Shown here in pieces: positions 61,262 through 64,000 of a stretch of 64,000 nucleotides of DNA. The DNA lies in the NCBI RefSeq assembly GCF_003704095.1, contig NW_020845998.1:248001-312000 (forward strand), given 5' to 3'. Below the pieces are notes generated by a model. It did not search any database and was not told where the DNA came from. It worked only from the letters and a program-made list of their open reading frames with translations. A program made the translations under genes and the position numbers. This DNA is from Pocillopora damicornis (Eukaryota). Numbering within the stretch: position 1 is the stretch's first letter; each line of letters starts with the position of its first letter.

Positions 61262-62464
61262 ATGGCGGAAGCTGGAATTGATCGTCTATCAGGAAATTCA
61301 ATCGCTAGCCTCAATGAAGCTCTTCAAAAGCATTTAGATGGAGGCGGTTTTCAAGTTATGGACGATTTATCAAAACAATTATTTCCATCCGTGTTTGGTG
61401 CGATTAAGAATTGTTTGTATAAGCCGTTACGGAAACATCCCCTCTACAGGGAAGTCGAATTCGTCTGGACTGGAAGCACAGCGGAAGGGGTAAATATTCC
61501 TAATTTCGATAGGCATGGGGATGGAAAGCCTCATCTTGAATTCGAAATGGATATACTCTGTATGTTCCGAGACGTTAAAGTCGGAAGATCAAGGGACAGT
61601 CCTGCCATACTTATGAAGCAAGAAGACACAAGCGAGGGATACTTTGTCGTGTATCTGAATGATGAAGATTACAGAAGAAACTGGGCCCCCTTTGCTATTG
61701 GCCCAAGCGATCCGAAGAGAAGGGGCGAATTGTACCTTAATCCATTGTTGATTGTAGGCGACTTGTACAAGCAAATTGAACATATTTTCGCTCAAATTCC
61801 TTTACTAAATGAGAGATTCCAATTGGAATTCAATCCACCAGCAGTAACTTTATCCATGTCTTTAGACTTCCAAAGCGTTACAATCAATTGTGATTTGGTT
61901 GTTGCATTCGAGTTGCTAAATGACTGTCTTCCAGTTGAGTATCCATCGTGGATTACAGTACATGGAAAGCCAAACTGGCTCAGTGAGGAGGCTTTTGTTA
62001 AAGCACAACAACAGCATCTTTATCTTGTTGGAAAGTGTTCACCAAATGGACAATCAAAGGTAGAATGGAGACTGTCTTTCAGCGTTGTAGAACTTTTTCT
62101 GTTACAGGAATTAGCATCACAATGCCCTGCTGCTATAACATGTTACAGAGTCTTTAAACAAATAAGATTCTGGCATCTAAAATGCCCTCATATTCTTCAT
62201 TCATATCACTTGAAAATGGTGTTTCTTCAAGCGTGCCACAAGTACCCTCCAAAATTATGGACAGACAGTAATTTGGCAGCCAACCTTCTTGGACTTTTGG
62301 ATGACTTGTTTTATTGCCTGGCCACAAAGTCTTTGCCAAGTTACTTTATTCCACGATATAACCTGATTGAGGGAATTCATCCTGAATTTCTGTTCACCTT
62401 ACTGGATAAATTAAATGATGTGAGAAAAGATCCCTTTAAGAACATTATCAATTTAAAAAGATGA
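61262..62464 (+). CDS. Mab-21/cGAS-like receptor (cGLR) nucleotidyltransferase, intronless, 400 aa
   Basis: NTase signature TGSTAEG...EFEMDIL, third acidic residue in NCDLVVA, and Mab-21 C-terminal motifs WRLSFS..E, CYRVFK, SYHLKMVFL, W..SNL..LL.LLDDL..CL and LPSYFIPRYNL. Confidence 0.93.
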   Translation: MAEAGIDRLSGNSIASLNEALQKHLDGGGFQVMDDLSKQLFPSVFGAIKNCLYKPLRKHPLYREVEFVWTGSTAEGVNIPNFDRHGDGKPHLEFEMDILCMFRDVKVGRSRDSPAILMKQEDTSEGYFVVYLNDEDYRRNWAPFAIGPSDPKRRGELYLNPLLIVGDLYKQIEHIFAQIPLLNERFQLEFNPPAVTLSMSLDFQSVTINCDLVVAFELLNDCLPVEYPSWITVHGKPNWLSEEAFVKAQQQHLYLVGKCSPNGQSKVEWRLSFSVVELFLLQELASQCPAAITCYRVFKQIRFWHLKCPHILHSYHLKMVFLQACHKYPPKLWTDSNLAANLLGLLDDLFYCLATKSLPSYFIPRYNLIEGIHPEFLFTLLDKLNDVRKDPFKNIINLKR

Positions 62465-63242
62465 ACTTTGAACCCATACCTCTAAAATGAGGGTGTTAAA
62501 GCTTATCTGCTAAAGTGGCAAATACACAGTTAAAAAATATTGGGGAAGTAAGCATTTCAGATGGGAATGTCTTTGCCCATGGAATGAGCAATTTGAGCCA
62601 ATGAGAGGTCTGTGAGGGGCCTGGTACTGATAGTGCCAGACCCTAGACAAACCTCTCCCCAACTTGTCTCAAATGTACCCATGGGTGGAGAAATACATGC
62701 CCTGTAGCACTAAAAACAAGGGTCTGCTCACAGGCTAAGGAAAACTATTACACATCAATAGTTAGAGATCAAAATCACCTAATATCATTCATCTCCCTTA
62801 GGTGTCACATCTAGTACTTAGGGTGCATTAAGCTATATAGCTACTCACATGTGCAGAGTTTGAAAAGGGGCCTGGCCTTAACAAGTAAGGAGAAGAACCA
62901 ACTAGATAATAATTGAAAATTGGCAGGGTCTAGGTAGGAGTGATAAATCTGGACTGAGTCTTGGGTTCCAAAACTCTCTCAAGTTGTCCTGCCCTTTCAC
63001 TTGTTTTTAAGAGGATTTGTAAGCCTGGAAAAAATCCTTGACTGCTTTTATGAAATATTTCTCAAAAATAATTCCAAACATATTAAGTGTGACCCCACGA
63101 CCATGTCTACATACTCTTGTGTAAACACACCATTTCGACCAATAAGGGCACACATACTATCTACACTAAGGGGATACATCATATCTGGCCTTAATACCTA
63201 TTGAAGTCAAGTTCACTGACCTCAACACAGTCCTATCAAGAA

Positions 63243-63555
63243 TTAAGCCCTCAGAGCAACCAGTATTAAATTTCACCCCTGAATGAAAACATTTAAGGTC
63301 TTGAGAGAAAAGGAAATAGTCACCAACTGAAGAGGCTCTTGATTGTGAAATAAGTTCTCCTTGTCATTATTGTAGGAAAGTGAGAAATCAGCATAGAGAA
63401 TATGCATACTGATGTTAGTTCCTAAAAATGAAGGAAATAATCACTGACTAAAGAGGTTCTCAGTTCATTAGGTAAACAAATTCTCCTTGTCCTTAAAGGA
63501 AATGTATAGAGAACAGTTTGGAGAATATGCAAACTGATGTTAGGGTGTAAAGGGG
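63243..63555. mobile_element. Family-2 MITE-like copies with partial tandem duplication
   Basis: AAGGAAATA.TCAC..ACT.AAGAGG.TCT...TTCTCCTTGTC...GAGAATATGCA.ACTGATGTTAG occurs twice (~63310-63420 and ~63431-63545). Confidence 0.65.
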
Positions 63556-64000
63556 GAAGTGCCTGTTTAGTGAGACAGTAAACTGTTGACCATGGATTCA
63601 TCTATGTAACCAAAATGAGTAATAATCACACATTTACAATTTTTTAAATTTTCATTGTAAATAACTATAATTTTTCTGGCAATGAATGCAAGTGTTGCTT
63701 TGCACTCTGTTATAGACACTAGTCAATAGCTGTATGGCTAACAGTAAATACACTATTTTTATGTAAATTATGAAATATAAGTAGATTTGGCAACTAGTAA
63801 TTTTCCTATGTTTTTGCAATACATTTTATTCAAATTAGCTAAGCTATCATTAATGCAGAAGTTCATGTCAGATAACTTGGCTAAAACATGTCCTCTTTTC
63901 AAACCCTTTCTTTGATGTTGAAACTCTGTTTACAATAACTCTAACAGCACAGAAAGATGACTGTCAAGCAAGTGTTTTCATTCATAAATTGGGGAGAAAG

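Overview
Eukaryotic, AT-rich, intron-containing DNA with GT-AG introns and two N gaps (23472-24044 and 51668-51767). The gene content (ShKT, TSP1, VWC, FN2, CARD-caspase, Mab-21/cGAS-like) and the interspersed short repeats point to a cnidarian, most likely a scleractinian coral; this is inference. The left ~49 kb is a tandem array of six co-oriented minus-strand genes (called A-F here; F has two signal-peptide first exons and runs off the window edge). They encode secreted modular proteins built almost entirely from symmetric phase-1 exons. The shared modules are 11 compact ShKT exons, a VWC-FN2 cassette, TSP1 repeats, two recurring domains I cannot assign to a known family, and low-complexity blocks (mucin-like, A/P, Y/Q/S/N, D-rich, K-rich). 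I rebuilt the exon chains by hand, and all listed exon lengths keep frame. The right ~14 kb holds a 3-exon disordered protein ending in an LxxIxE motif, an intronless F-box/LRR gene, a divergent two-exon CARD-caspase, and an intronless cGAS-like receptor (cGLR) directly downstream of the caspase. The caspase has Asn in place of the P1-pocket arginine, and the cGLR has an intact catalytic triad. Together these three genes are a candidate innate-immune/cell-death locus. Two 28-32 bp hairpins with 7-bp target-site duplications look like P-element excision footprints. No rRNA, tRNA or CRISPR array was seen.
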